From the NCBI GenBank assembly GCA_031962025.1, contig JAVRKW010000006.1: a stretch of DNA of 44,266 bases; one strand, 5' to 3'. Positions within the stretch are counted from its first letter, which is position 1. Each line of letters starts with the position of its first letter. The position numbers and the translations under genes are program-made. The stretch is from Pseudothermotoga sp. Lineage in GTDB: Bacteria > Thermotogota > Thermotogae > Thermotogales > DSM-5069. This document shows positions 28,118 through 37,724 of the stretch, one piece after another. The notes below the pieces were generated by a model. The model was not told where the DNA came from and did no database searches. It was given only the letters and a program-made list of their open reading frames with translations.

Positions 28118-29761
28118 TCACATCTTTTCAGGCGCGCTTATGCCCAGCAATGTCAAACCTTTTCTGAGCACAATCATCGTCGCATAGGATAAATTCAAGC
28201 GCGCATTTGAAAGTTTAAGATTTTCCTGATCTACTATAAGGCACTTATTGTAGAAGCTGTGAAAATCGTACGCGAGCTGTTCAAGGTACTGTGTCAATTT
28301 GCTTGGAGACATGGTTCTTACGACATCTTTGAGTGTATCTTCGAATGCATCTATTTTTTTAATCAAATCGATCTCCGATTTATCATCCAGTAATTCTATG
28401 TCCTGTCCTTTTTTGAACGGGATCGATTTGATTTTTGCCTGTTCGAAAAGACTGCAAATCCTGGCGTGGGCGTACTGAACGTAGTACACAGGATTGTCTG
28501 ATGATCTTTCTTTTGCAAGATTTAAATCAAAGATCATGTGGGTGTTTGGATCTATCATCGCAAAGAAGTATCTTGTGGCATCAACTCCAACTTCTTCTCT
28601 GAGTTCTTGCAGGGTTACAAACTCACCGGCTCTTGTTGACATTCTCACTATTTCTTCACCGCGCTTTAGGGTGACAAACTGGTGCAAAATCACATTGAAA
28701 AACCCATCTTCTATACCAAGGGCTTTCATCGCTGCCATCATTCTTGGAATATGTCCGTGGTGGTCACTGCCCCAGATATCGTAGACTTTTGAAAAACCTC
28801 TTTTGTACTTGTTGTAATGGTATGCGATATCTGTCAAAAAGTAGGTGAGACTTCCATCTTTTTTTATCAATACTTTGTCATCCTCGTCCACAAACTCAGA
28901 AACCTTGAACCACAAAGCACCATCTTTCCAGTAAGTGTAGCCTTTTTCCTGAAGGATTTTAAGTACCTGATCGACTGTTCCATCCTTTATCAGGGATTTT
29001 TCAGAAAAGTAGACATCAAAATGACACCCGAGCTCTGAAAGATCGTGTTTCATGTCCTGCAGAATATTCTCGACGGCGTATCGCTCAAAAAATAGTGAAA
29101 TCTGCTCATCCCACTTTTCTTTGTACTTATCCTTCTGTTCTTCAACAAGCTTTCTGGCGATTTCTATTAGATACTGTCCGCGGTAACCATCTTCCGGAAT
29201 ATCGATGTCTTTTACACCAAGAATCTGATTGTATCGAACCCACAAAGACTTTGCAAGCAATTTTATCTGTCTTCCTGCGTCGTTTATGTACATCTCCCTT
29301 GTCACTTTATATCCGAGTTCTGTGAAGATATTTGCCAGAACATCACCTATGACGAGCTGTCTACCATGACCGACGGTGAATGGTCCCGTTGGATTGGCAC
29401 TGCCATATTCAAATTGGATCTTTTCTGGTTCAACCTTGCTCAAAGGATATTCATCGAGTTCTATTGTTTTTGAAAGCACTTTCAGCAGTGCAGATTTTTT
29501 CATGACAAAGTTTATAAAGCCTGGTTTTGCAATCTTTATTGCTTCAAACAGATCGCTGTGTTTTAATTCATCCCGCAACTGTTCTGCCAGCTGCATTGGA
29601 GGTTTTCTGGCATATCTTGCCCCAATCAATGCGGCATTTGTTGCAAAATCTCCAAAACCTTCTGGTGCGATGTCCACCTCGAAATTGTAATTGTACCCGA
29701 CGATCCTTTCAACGACATTTTTAAGCTCCGCTTTTAAAAGTTCTCTGAGCAAAAAAATCAC
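28118..29761 (-). CDS. argS: Arginine--tRNA ligase
   Basis: SANPTGPFTVGHGR (HIGH-like), GSDHHG, MSTRAG, YYVQYAHARI. Confidence 0.96.
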   Translation of the reverse strand: MIFLLRELLKAELKNVVERIVGYNYNFEVDIAPEGFGDFATNAALIGARYARKPPMQLAEQLRDELKHSDLFEAIKIAKPGFINFVMKKSALLKVLSKTIELDEYPLSKVEPEKIQFEYGSANPTGPFTVGHGRQLVIGDVLANIFTELGYKVTREMYINDAGRQIKLLAKSLWVRYNQILGVKDIDIPEDGYRGQYLIEIARKLVEEQKDKYKEKWDEQISLFFERYAVENILQDMKHDLSELGCHFDVYFSEKSLIKDGTVDQVLKILQEKGYTYWKDGALWFKVSEFVDEDDKVLIKKDGSLTYFLTDIAYHYNKYKRGFSKVYDIWGSDHHGHIPRMMAAMKALGIEDGFFNVILHQFVTLKRGEEIVRMSTRAGEFVTLQELREEVGVDATRYFFAMIDPNTHMIFDLNLAKERSSDNPVYYVQYAHARICSLFEQAKIKSIPFKKGQDIELLDDKSEIDLIKKIDAFEDTLKDVVRTMSPSKLTQYLEQLAYDFHSFYNKCLIVDQENLKLSNARLNLSYATMIVLRKGLTLLGISAPEKM

Positions 29762-29762
29762 C

Positions 29763-30956
29763 TCACATTGTCCTGTTGCGGTTCATTTTGTTTGTGACAC
29801 TTGTTATTATCTCAAGATCGCTGTTTTGGCTGTCTGTGATAATTGCGTAAAAAAGCTCTGCCTTTCTTTGAAAACCATATCTTTTTTTCCCGTTCACTTT
29901 TTCTACCACAGGTCTCCAGGAACCACAGTTGATGTAGAACTTGTTCTGTCCATCGTGAGGAATAATTCTAAGACAGTTGTGATGTATATGTCCAAATATG
30001 ACGCCATTGAGCTTTTCTATCTCAGGCTTTTGTTCACAATAGCCAAGTAGATCTTCTTTGTTTAACACTTTCTTACCTTTAAGCAGGTTTTTGGCTACTT
30101 TGTAAAGGTAATCTGTTCTTCTGAAATTTCTGATTTTCATAGTTGTCCTGACCAGAAATGATCCTAAGCTCATTCCTCCCATTCTGTTGAGAAAAAGCTT
30201 TGAAAAGCAGTGCATCACGGGAAAATTTTTCTTCATCCAGAACTTTGCCTCTGATGTTCTCATCATCTGTAAGAAAGTGCTTATCCACAATTCGAGTACG
30301 TCAATGCCAACATCATAGACTTCAACAGCTCTTTCAAACCAGTGAAAAACATCCAGGGTGGGTCTGACGTTGTCGTAATCTCGTATCACTTCAAAAGGTA
30401 CAAGAGATTGAATATATTCATCAAAGTAAAACATCATGTATCTTGCTATGTAATCACCAAGCGGTGGAACGAGTGATTTGTTCTTTTTGTCGTATCCAAA
30501 TTTGTTTATTATGTCAAACTGGTTACCATGGATTGCCAGTATACCTGTGTCGGGATCGTAGTAATAAGGCACAATTTTGACGTTCAACAATTCAGATAGC
30601 CTTTCTTGCAATGATTTGTTTGATAACAGATAGTAATCATGGTTTCCCACGATGTAAAACACACTGTGATTTTTTGCAAATTCTCTGAAAGCATCGAAAA
30701 CAAGTGGATGTTTTTTTGCTATGTCATCTATAACTGATCCATCGAGCTGTTCACTGAGCTTGTTGAAAGGTACCAGACCGATTTCTTTCACAGCTCGACT
30801 TTCGAGTATCTCAAATCCATCCCCTACGATAACAATTTCAGCGTCTGAGTGCTGTGCAAAATCAGTTATCAAATTCGAAAGTTCGGCATCGAATTCAAAG
30901 TCGTCTTTTGCTGAACCGTCTCCGATGTGAAGATCGCTCAGAAAAAGTCTTTTCAC
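29763..30956 (-). CDS. Calcineurin-like metallophosphoesterase
   Basis: SDLHIG, GDGFE, GNHD, HGNQFD, GHIH, NCGSW. Confidence 0.88.
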   Translation of the reverse strand: MKRLFLSDLHIGDGSAKDDFEFDAELSNLITDFAQHSDAEIVIVGDGFEILESRAVKEIGLVPFNKLSEQLDGSVIDDIAKKHPLVFDAFREFAKNHSVFYIVGNHDYYLLSNKSLQERLSELLNVKIVPYYYDPDTGILAIHGNQFDIINKFGYDKKNKSLVPPLGDYIARYMMFYFDEYIQSLVPFEVIRDYDNVRPTLDVFHWFERAVEVYDVGIDVLELWISTFLQMMRTSEAKFWMKKNFPVMHCFSKLFLNRMGGMSLGSFLVRTTMKIRNFRRTDYLYKVAKNLLKGKKVLNKEDLLGYCEQKPEIEKLNGVIFGHIHHNCLRIIPHDGQNKFYINCGSWRPVVEKVNGKKRYGFQRKAELFYAIITDSQNSDLEIITSVTNKMNRNRTM

Positions 30957-31082
30957 CGTTTTCTACCTCACAATGCTGTGTTTTCTTTCAACTTCTGATT
31001 ATACACCGTGTTTTAAAACGGATAATTGACTTTGTATTATGAGGTACGGAAAAAATTTGCGAGGAATTTGTTAATGCGGGAC

Positions 31083-31107
31083 AAAAAAGCAGGGACAGAG
31101 TCCCTGC
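31083..31107 (-). terminator. Intrinsic terminator after the MCP gene
   Basis: Minus strand GCAGGGAC-tct-GTCCCTGC-TTTTTT. Confidence 0.85.
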
Positions 31108-33114
31108 TCAGATTTTGAATTTTGCGAGTGCATCGATTAATTTTCTTGACATTTCCATCAGCTGTTCACTTGCTTTGCTCACTTTCTGTGCACCATCGGT
31201 TTGATCTTTGACCAGCTCCATCATACCTTCAATTTGCTGCACAATGCTTGTTACGGCTTTTGTTGCGTTATCCATTGCACTTGCCATCTCTTGGGTTGCT
31301 GCACTTTGCTCCTGCGCACTTGCAGCGGTTGATTCGACCATGCTACCCATGGATTCTACTTCAAACAGGATATCTTTCAGACGTTTACCAACGACAGATG
31401 CCTGTTCACTTGCTTCTTCCACGACCTTTGCCGTTTGATTGGTTTGTTCGTCGGCATCTTTCGCGCTTTGCTGAATTTTTCGCAATATATTGGCTATGTT
31501 CTCAGTGGCAGATTTGCTCTGCTCTGCGAGTTTTCTTATCTCATCCGCAACAACTGCAAAACCTCTACCTGCTTCACCAGCTCTTGCAGCTTCGATTGCC
31601 GCATTGAGTGCCAGCAGGTTTGTTTGTTCGGCTATTGAATTTATCGTTTCAACGATAGTCGCAATGTTTTTCGCGTCTTCTGTCAAGCCTCCGACAGTTC
31701 TGGTGGTGAGATCTGCTCTTTCCTTTGCTCTGGCTACGATTTCGACAATTTTCTCGATGGCTTTTTCACCTTCTTTTGCAGAATTTGTGACTCTCTCTGC
31801 TCTCTCACTTAACTGCTGGGTTGATTTTGAAACATTTTGAGCACTTGCCGCAACCTCTTCAACACCAGAGCTGACCTGCTGTATTGAGGCAGAAGCATTT
31901 TGCACGTTTCTGTTTATTTCCTCTGCTCTCAGTGAAAGTTTATTTGCTATATCACTGCTGTGCTGTGCGATCTGTTCAAGTTCTCTGGAAAAGTTATCTA
32001 TCGTGTCGGCTGAATTTTTCACTGAACGCATGGATTCTCTTAACGAGACAGCCATTGAATTGAGAGCAGATGCCATATGTGCTATTTCGTCTTTGCCCTT
32101 TGACTGAAATTGTGTTGTCAGATCGCCACTACCAAATTGTTCAACACCTTTTGCCAGAGTTTTAATAGGCTTTGAGATCGTGTTACCAACGACGAAGGAA
32201 ACGAATATCACTATACCAATTATTATGGCTATAACGATGATCATGATCCTCAGTAAGGTATTTGCGCGAGCCATCAAATCACTCTCTGGGATCGACATGC
32301 CAAGTGTCCAGTTGGGACTTGAATTGATTGGTGTGAAAAACACAAATGCTTTACTTTTGTCTGGCAGAGTGATTAAACCATTACCTGTCTTGGCTTGGAC
32401 CATCTGTTTTCCAAGTTCTTCAAGACCAGAATAACCCTTCTGCGAGCTATTCAGAACATTCAATTTGAGAACTGTATCTTTATTTGGATGGGCAAGTACC
32501 AGCCCTGTTCCATCCACAATCCATCCATAACCTACCTGTCCCATCTTTATCTGTGAGGTCATTTCACTCAACTTGTCCAGAGAAATAGTACCTCCAAAAA
32601 CACCTGCCACGTTCCCGTAGCTGTCTAAAACTTTATGTGCAATTATAAAGACGTTCTTTTTGGTCAGTGGTGATTGGTGAATTTCTCCTATGAAAGTTGG
32701 TTGATTTTGTCCGACGATTTTTTTGAAAAATTCCCTATCTTTCGCATCGAAAGATACTATGCTGGCACTATCTGTTTCCCACATTTGACCTTTGTAATCA
32801 CAGACGAAATAGGTTTCAAATACCTCTTTTCTGTCTTTGAGCTTCTCTGAGAGTTGTTGAGCCACCCAGTATGTGGCTGTTACAAGAAAATCCATCGTAC
32901 TGCTCTGAGCGATAGCCTTCAGTTCAAGAGATCTACCGTTGATCCACTCGCTCACCATCGCAGCATTGCCCCGCACCACTTCGGCGCTCAACTCTTTGGT
33001 GAGAGGTAAGACCGTGTTCTGCGTTTGGAAATAAATAAAGATTCCTAAAATAACAAGCAATGTGATTGTGCTTGTTAAAAACCAGAATAGTATTCTTGAT
33101 CTTACAGATTTCAT
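31108..33114 (-). CDS. Methyl-accepting chemotaxis protein (dCache-HAMP-MA)
   Basis: Two TM segments flanking a Cache-like periplasmic region; [42 protein letters not shown]. Confidence 0.96.
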   Translation of the reverse strand: MKSVRSRILFWFLTSTITLLVILGIFIYFQTQNTVLPLTKELSAEVVRGNAAMVSEWINGRSLELKAIAQSSTMDFLVTATYWVAQQLSEKLKDRKEVFETYFVCDYKGQMWETDSASIVSFDAKDREFFKKIVGQNQPTFIGEIHQSPLTKKNVFIIAHKVLDSYGNVAGVFGGTISLDKLSEMTSQIKMGQVGYGWIVDGTGLVLAHPNKDTVLKLNVLNSSQKGYSGLEELGKQMVQAKTGNGLITLPDKSKAFVFFTPINSSPNWTLGMSIPESDLMARANTLLRIMIIVIAIIIGIVIFVSFVVGNTISKPIKTLAKGVEQFGSGDLTTQFQSKGKDEIAHMASALNSMAVSLRESMRSVKNSADTIDNFSRELEQIAQHSSDIANKLSLRAEEINRNVQNASASIQQVSSGVEEVAASAQNVSKSTQQLSERAERVTNSAKEGEKAIEKIVEIVARAKERADLTTRTVGGLTEDAKNIATIVETINSIAEQTNLLALNAAIEAARAGEAGRGFAVVADEIRKLAEQSKSATENIANILRKIQQSAKDADEQTNQTAKVVEEASEQASVVGKRLKDILFEVESMGSMVESTAASAQEQSAATQEMASAMDNATKAVTSIVQQIEGMMELVKDQTDGAQKVSKASEQLMEMSRKLIDALAKFKI

Positions 33115-33173
33115 CCAACAATCCCTCCTTTAAAAAACATGTTGTTATTTTTCTATTGTAATTCTAACACAAC

Positions 33174-33521
33174 TCACATGAGTATTATTATGGCTAAAAG
33201 CTCAAGATCTTGTTGCGATGTATTTTCGATTGAATGAGTTTCTCCGGGCGCTGTAAAACAGATATCACCAGCCTGAACAGGTATACTGCGACCGTTATCG
33301 TTGAATAAACCTCTGCCCGATAGAATGTAAAATATCTCAAATTCGTTCTCGTGTCTGTGTTCTCCTATGGATGAAGCTGGCTTAACAGACAGTTTTGCAA
33401 AAAGTCTTGCTTTTCCCAAAAGGGCTTGTTTTTCTATCAGATGAAGTATATCGACTTCTCCTTTGCCGCCGCGCATGCTGGTGATTTTCTCTGTTCGCAT
33501 AGACTGTGGGTTTATTACCAT
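33174..33521 (-). CDS. Cupin domain protein
   Basis: HRH..EFEIFYILSG and GETHSIEN cupin motifs; ATG 33521 with GGGGGTGA RBS. Confidence 0.9.
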   Translation of the reverse strand: MVINPQSMRTEKITSMRGGKGEVDILHLIEKQALLGKARLFAKLSVKPASSIGEHRHENEFEIFYILSGRGLFNDNGRSIPVQAGDICFTAPGETHSIENTSQQDLELLAIIILM

Positions 33522-33613
33522 GATTTCACCCCCGCTGTTGACCCTTTTAAAAGGGAAGAAGTATTCATCATATATAATATATACTAACACGTATTTTATT
33601 TTTTTCTGATCAC

Positions 33614-33642
33614 TTGAAAAGAAAACATCGGTGTGGTATCAT
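33614..33642 (+). promoter_or_regulatory. Sigma70 promoter of tRNA-Met
   Basis: TTGAAA-17 nt-TATCAT with TG extension. Confidence 0.75.
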
Positions 33643-33654
33643 ACATAATGCGAT

Positions 33655-33731
33655 GGCGGTGTAGCTCAGATGGTCAGAGCGAGTGATTCATAATCACTAT
33701 GTCGTGGGTTCGAATCCCACCGCCGCCACCA
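33655..33731 (+). tRNA. tRNA-Met(CAT), elongator type
   Basis: GGCGGTG/CGCCGCC acceptor stem with G1-C72, anticodon arm AGTGA-TTCATAA-TCACT, GTTCGAATC, encoded CCA. Confidence 0.93.
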
Positions 33732-33771
33732 GAAAAATCTTTTAAAAGTGCATGCAGTTCATTTTTTAACA

Positions 33772-33798
33772 GGAGCACACTCGTGCTCTTTGTTTTTT
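33772..33798 (+). terminator. Terminator after tRNA-Met
   Basis: GAGCAC-actc-GTGCTC-TTTGTTTTTT. Confidence 0.75.
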
Positions 33799-33813
33799 CT
33801 GGGGGTGGATGGA

Positions 33814-34947
33814 GTGCGAAGATATGCGGTTCTTTTTATCAGCTTTCTGTACTTTTTTGCCTTTGCCGTTGAAATAAGAATGCCAGCCTTTGACAAAAAC
33901 AACTCTGTGCACAGTATTTACTCATACGATCATGGTGATAGAAAGGAAATAACTGTTGTCTTCTGGGATGAGGATCATCCCAATCCATTCACGGATTTTG
34001 TGTATGATATCTATCGCTTCTTCAGATGGGGCAGGTTTTACGACATCGAGACCTTTTTTGTTTTAAAGGACCGTGTGCTCTTTGAAGATGATTTTTGTGA
34101 TTCACAGTCCTACTATCAGTTGAAAAATTTACATAATAAGGCAGAGATTTCAATCGACGAATTTGAGAAAGTCGATGACGCAGTAGTTGTTTATGTGAGC
34201 ACATGGAATCACATGTTTTCGAACAAGTCGATGGCTAATACTCAATACATTTCTTTCAGACAGGGTGATCTTGTCGGAACAAGACAGGATGTCGAAAAAA
34301 TTTACAGTTGGAAAGAAAATGTGCGGTTGAAATTGACTTTGATTTTGTGTACAGCAATGATTTTTCTGGCAGCTTTCACCATTTATTTTAAAAGCAGACA
34401 CAAAAAGGTCACTATGATAAAAGTTTTCACAACACTTTGTGCTGCTGCAATAGCGGCTGTGAATTTCAATGGTGTCGAATGGTTGATTGTTTCTGGATTG
34501 ATCTTTAGCGCAATTGGTGATGCATTTTTGGAAAGACCTGAAAAATTCATTCATGGTATGCTCGCATTTTTATCAGCTCATTTGTTGTATTCAGTTGGAT
34601 TGGGTTTGAAGTTTGCTGTCCCTCCAGTCTGGATTTTCGTAACTGTATTTTTGGTACTGCTGGCTTTGTATTTTACAGTTCTGTATAAACATCTGGCAGG
34701 TATGAGATTTCCCATATTCATATATCTTATAGCGATAGGAACCATGTTCGCTTTCTCGTTTTCTCCCATATACAGTGGGATTTATTATCTTAGGGCGCTG
34801 TTACCTGTTGCAGGCGGGCTTTTTGTGGCTTCTGATTTTCTCATAGCCGTTGACAAATTTGTGAGAAAAGTGCCATTTCGCAATCTGTTGATTCTTGCAA
34901 CGTATTTTGCATCTCAGTTGATCATCTCACTGTCAACGATTTTTTAG
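33814..34947 (+). CDS. YhhN/lysoplasmalogenase-family membrane protein with an extra N-terminal exported domain
   Basis: C-terminal GLIFSAIGDAFL, GMLAFLSAHLLY, GGLFVASDFLIA and TYFASQ; N-terminal signal-like segment plus a ~150 aa soluble domain; GTG 33814. Confidence 0.8.
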   Translation: MRRYAVLFISFLYFFAFAVEIRMPAFDKNNSVHSIYSYDHGDRKEITVVFWDEDHPNPFTDFVYDIYRFFRWGRFYDIETFFVLKDRVLFEDDFCDSQSYYQLKNLHNKAEISIDEFEKVDDAVVVYVSTWNHMFSNKSMANTQYISFRQGDLVGTRQDVEKIYSWKENVRLKLTLILCTAMIFLAAFTIYFKSRHKKVTMIKVFTTLCAAAIAAVNFNGVEWLIVSGLIFSAIGDAFLERPEKFIHGMLAFLSAHLLYSVGLGLKFAVPPVWIFVTVFLVLLALYFTVLYKHLAGMRFPIFIYLIAIGTMFAFSFSPIYSGIYYLRALLPVAGGLFVASDFLIAVDKFVRKVPFRNLLILATYFASQLIISLSTIF

Positions 34948-34978
34948 AAAATCAAAAAATCAGATCGCTTTGTGATAA

Positions 34979-34996
34979 TAGTGAAACAATTCACGA
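34979..34996. promoter_or_regulatory. Rex-like operator palindrome
   Basis: TAGTGAA-acaa-TTCACGA against the Rex consensus TTGTGAA-N4-TTCACAA (2 mismatches). Confidence 0.5.
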
Positions 34997-35111
34997 AAAA
35001 TTTTCTTACACCTGCCTTTTTTGCTCTGATAAAAGGTATCATATTTTCTGAAAGGAGTATCTGACTTTCTGGCAACCAGCAACCTCTCACAATAGATTAA
35101 CACCTTCTCGC

Positions 35112-35146
35112 GAGACTGGGGTTTACAGCCCCAGTTTTTTTCTTTT
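35112..35146 (+). terminator. Intrinsic terminator with no CDS immediately upstream
   Basis: GAGACTGGGGT-ttaca-GCCCCAGTTTT-TTTCTTTT, about 165 nt after the YhhN stop. Confidence 0.8.
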
Positions 35147-35265
35147 GATGTTGAGTAAGTCAGGAATCAGAAATTTTTTGCGCACAGTTTTGTTAAACTT
35201 TCACAGAAGGATCAAAATGTTCGATAGAATAACAATTGTAATTCTCCAAGTAGGAGTTGATTGAG

Positions 35266-35799
35266 ATGAAAAATTCCAGGCTGCTGTACAGGGTCTTTTT
35301 CACCTTTCTGAAGATATCCACTTTCACACTCGGTGGAGGTTATGCGATGATCCCTGTCATGCAATGGGAAGCAAAGAAGCTTGGATGGGTCAGCGAGGAT
35401 GAGTTTTACAGGGATCTTTCGCTTGCTCAATCTATACCGGGTCCAATTGCGTTCAACACCGCTGTTGTGATCGGTAAAAGGGTATGTGGTATTTTTGGAG
35501 CTTTCTTGGCAGGACTGGCTATCGTTCTGCCGCCGTTTTTCGCGATAGTGGCTGTTGCAAGTTTGATAAGACCATTTTCGAACAACATCTACGTTCAGAG
35601 TTTTCTAAAAGGTTGCTATGCCGCCGTCATAGGACTTGTTTTCAATGTTTTTTATGGTCTTGTCAGGCGCCAAAAGTGGGATGTTTTCAGACTCGCAGTC
35701 GTATCAGCTGGTGTTTTATTGCTTGTTTTAAATTCTTCCTTTCTCATCTTGGTTTTTCTCGGTGTCGTTGGCATTTTGTACTACAAGGGGGTGAAGTAG
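35266..35799 (+). CDS. Short-chain chromate transporter subunit (ChrA family)
   Basis: FTLGGGYAMIP and AQSIPGPIAFN; AGGAG RBS. Confidence 0.92.
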   Translation: MKNSRLLYRVFFTFLKISTFTLGGGYAMIPVMQWEAKKLGWVSEDEFYRDLSLAQSIPGPIAFNTAVVIGKRVCGIFGAFLAGLAIVLPPFFAIVAVASLIRPFSNNIYVQSFLKGCYAAVIGLVFNVFYGLVRRQKWDVFRLAVVSAGVLLLVLNSSFLILVFLGVVGILYYKGVK

Positions 35800-35800
35800 A

Positions 35801-36316
35801 ATGCTTGCAAAACTGGTTTTGATTTTCCTGAAAATAGGTTTTTTCGCATTCGGTGGCGGCTGGGCAATTGTAGGAGTTTTGAAAAATGAAATGGTATCAA
35901 ATGGTGTACTTTCTGTTGAAGAATTTGCTCAGGTAGTATCGATTGCACAGATGACTCCAGGTCCTGTTGCGATCAATCTCGCTACATACACCGGTTACAA
36001 ATATTTTGGCTTGATTGGTGCCACAGTGAACACCTTTGCCTTTTTGCTTGCTCCAATTTTGATAATTTCAGCTTTGTTTTTGCTGGCAAAACGCATCAAA
36101 GTTGACAAAGAAAGATGGTCCGGAGCACTGACTGGTATCACAACAGTAATGGTTGGTATGACCATATATTCACTGGTTGCACCAAAGATAAATGATCTGT
36201 TGATGATATTAATCGCAGCGGCTGTGTTTTTCTGTATTTCAAAATTCAAGATTCATCCACTCATTTTGATCTTTTTAAGTGGGTTTGTGGGTGTTGTCGT
36301 TTATGGTGTTTTTTAA
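35801..36316 (+). CDS. Short-chain chromate transporter subunit (ChrA family)
   Basis: FAFGGGW, AQMTPGPVAINLATYTG. Confidence 0.92.
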   Translation: MLAKLVLIFLKIGFFAFGGGWAIVGVLKNEMVSNGVLSVEEFAQVVSIAQMTPGPVAINLATYTGYKYFGLIGATVNTFAFLLAPILIISALFLLAKRIKVDKERWSGALTGITTVMVGMTIYSLVAPKINDLLMILIAAAVFFCISKFKIHPLILIFLSGFVGVVVYGVF

Positions 36317-36344
36317 TGTATAATAGGATCAACAAGGGGGGATT

Positions 36345-36866
36345 ATGGTGAAAAAAACATTAACCGGGATCATCTTAGCGGTATGTGTTTGTCTTTTTGC
36401 TTATGAAGCTACCCTGAATTTGCTCAATTTCAAATCGTTCACTTACAAAGTTTTCACTCAGGGTCAGGAAATTCTGGTTGGTTTCACAAGTGATAAAACA
36501 AAAGATGGCTATGAGATCACGCACTGGTCGAAATTTGCTGTTAAACAGGATGAAGAATTGAGTTATGACTATTTTGCTACATCATATCTGTCAGCCGTGT
36601 TTGCATTTGCCTACAATCCGGCTTATACGAGTTTTTTTGGCATGATCGATCTGGACAATCCAACAACCATGAACATGTACGGTATCAAGATCACCTACGA
36701 TGGCGAAGAAAAAGTTGGAAAGTACACAGGAAAAAAGTTCACTTATTTTGTGGACGACAAACCACTGATGAGCTGGGTTGTAAACAAACAGGTACCTCTT
36801 GTTTTGAAATCTACTATCTATGAAGCCGATTACACCTTTGAGCTTGTTGATTTTCAAACAAGATAG
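36345..36866 (+). CDS. Hypothetical exported protein
   Basis: Signal peptide MVKKTLTGIILAVCVCLFA; beta-strand-like composition; TATAAT and GGGGGA upstream. Confidence 0.75.
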   Translation: MVKKTLTGIILAVCVCLFAYEATLNLLNFKSFTYKVFTQGQEILVGFTSDKTKDGYEITHWSKFAVKQDEELSYDYFATSYLSAVFAFAYNPAYTSFFGMIDLDNPTTMNMYGIKITYDGEEKVGKYTGKKFTYFVDDKPLMSWVVNKQVPLVLKSTIYEADYTFELVDFQTR

Positions 36867-36876
36867 CCTTGATTGA

Positions 36877-37716
36877 TTAATCTTTTCTTGCGGCAAAGAG
36901 TTCTGCACCTGATAGGAAGTATTTTGTCAGTGTAAAGAACAGTATAAACATCGGTATACTGGCAATTGCCGCTGCCGCCATTAAAGCACCTTCGTTGGTG
37001 TATTTTTCTGTTGCAAACTGGATGATGTACAGCGGTATGGTTTTCTTTTCAGGGCTCTGCACCACGAGCAAGGGCCACAGAAGGTTATCCCACTGGGATC
37101 TGAATGTCAAAATAGCAAGTGTGGCAACGGCCGGAAGACTGTTGGGTAGAACGATTTTCCAGTATATACCAAATTCAGTTGTTCCATCTATTCTGGCAGC
37201 GTCAATCAATTCGTCTGGAAAGGTCAGCAAATACTGTCTCATCATGAACACACCGAAGGCATTCATCAAAAGAGGCACGATTAATCCGGTATATGTGTCT
37301 TGCATGTTCATTTTTGTTACGATGAGGTACAGTGGGATCATTATCGCTTCGAATGGAATCATCATGGTACTCAGGATCATCATAAACACGAAGTTTCGAC
37401 CTTTGAATCTGTACTTTGCAAGACCATAGCCAGTTAAAGAACTCAACAGCACAGTTCCAACTGTCGTCAAAGATGCTACTAAAAAGGAATTCCAGATACT
37501 TCTCAGATAAAAGAATTTCCCATCATTTCCCTTTATAGCCTGCCAGTAATTCTGCAATTTGAACTCTCCACTGATCCATGGATACGGTATTCTCATTATG
37601 TTTTTTGAAGACATGACAGAGGCTGTGAACATGAACACAATCGGTACCAGAATGAAGATGGCAAACGAAATCAGAAAAAACCATATAATGATGTCTACAA
37701 TTATCGACTGTTTCAT
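36877..37716 (-). CDS. Carbohydrate ABC transporter permease (MalG-like)
   Basis: FPDELIDAARIDG EAA loop. Confidence 0.93.
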   Translation of the reverse strand: MKQSIIVDIIIWFFLISFAIFILVPIVFMFTASVMSSKNIMRIPYPWISGEFKLQNYWQAIKGNDGKFFYLRSIWNSFLVASLTTVGTVLLSSLTGYGLAKYRFKGRNFVFMMILSTMMIPFEAIMIPLYLIVTKMNMQDTYTGLIVPLLMNAFGVFMMRQYLLTFPDELIDAARIDGTTEFGIYWKIVLPNSLPAVATLAILTFRSQWDNLLWPLLVVQSPEKKTIPLYIIQFATEKYTNEGALMAAAAIASIPMFILFFTLTKYFLSGAELFAARKD

Positions 37717-37724
37717 AATTCACC

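Noticed and set aside
33131..33156. The MCP 5' leader (minus strand TAGAAAAATAACAACATG) resembles the putative omegaRNA guide CATAAAAACAACAACGCAG
   Set aside because: Low-complexity A-rich match with three mismatches in the seed and no TTTAT TAM; not credible as a target
35069..35080. CTGGCAACCAG resembles the SAM-I GGCAACC motif
   Set aside because: The other SAM-I elements (AUC..GAG, kink-turn, GGUGC, P1 partner) are absent
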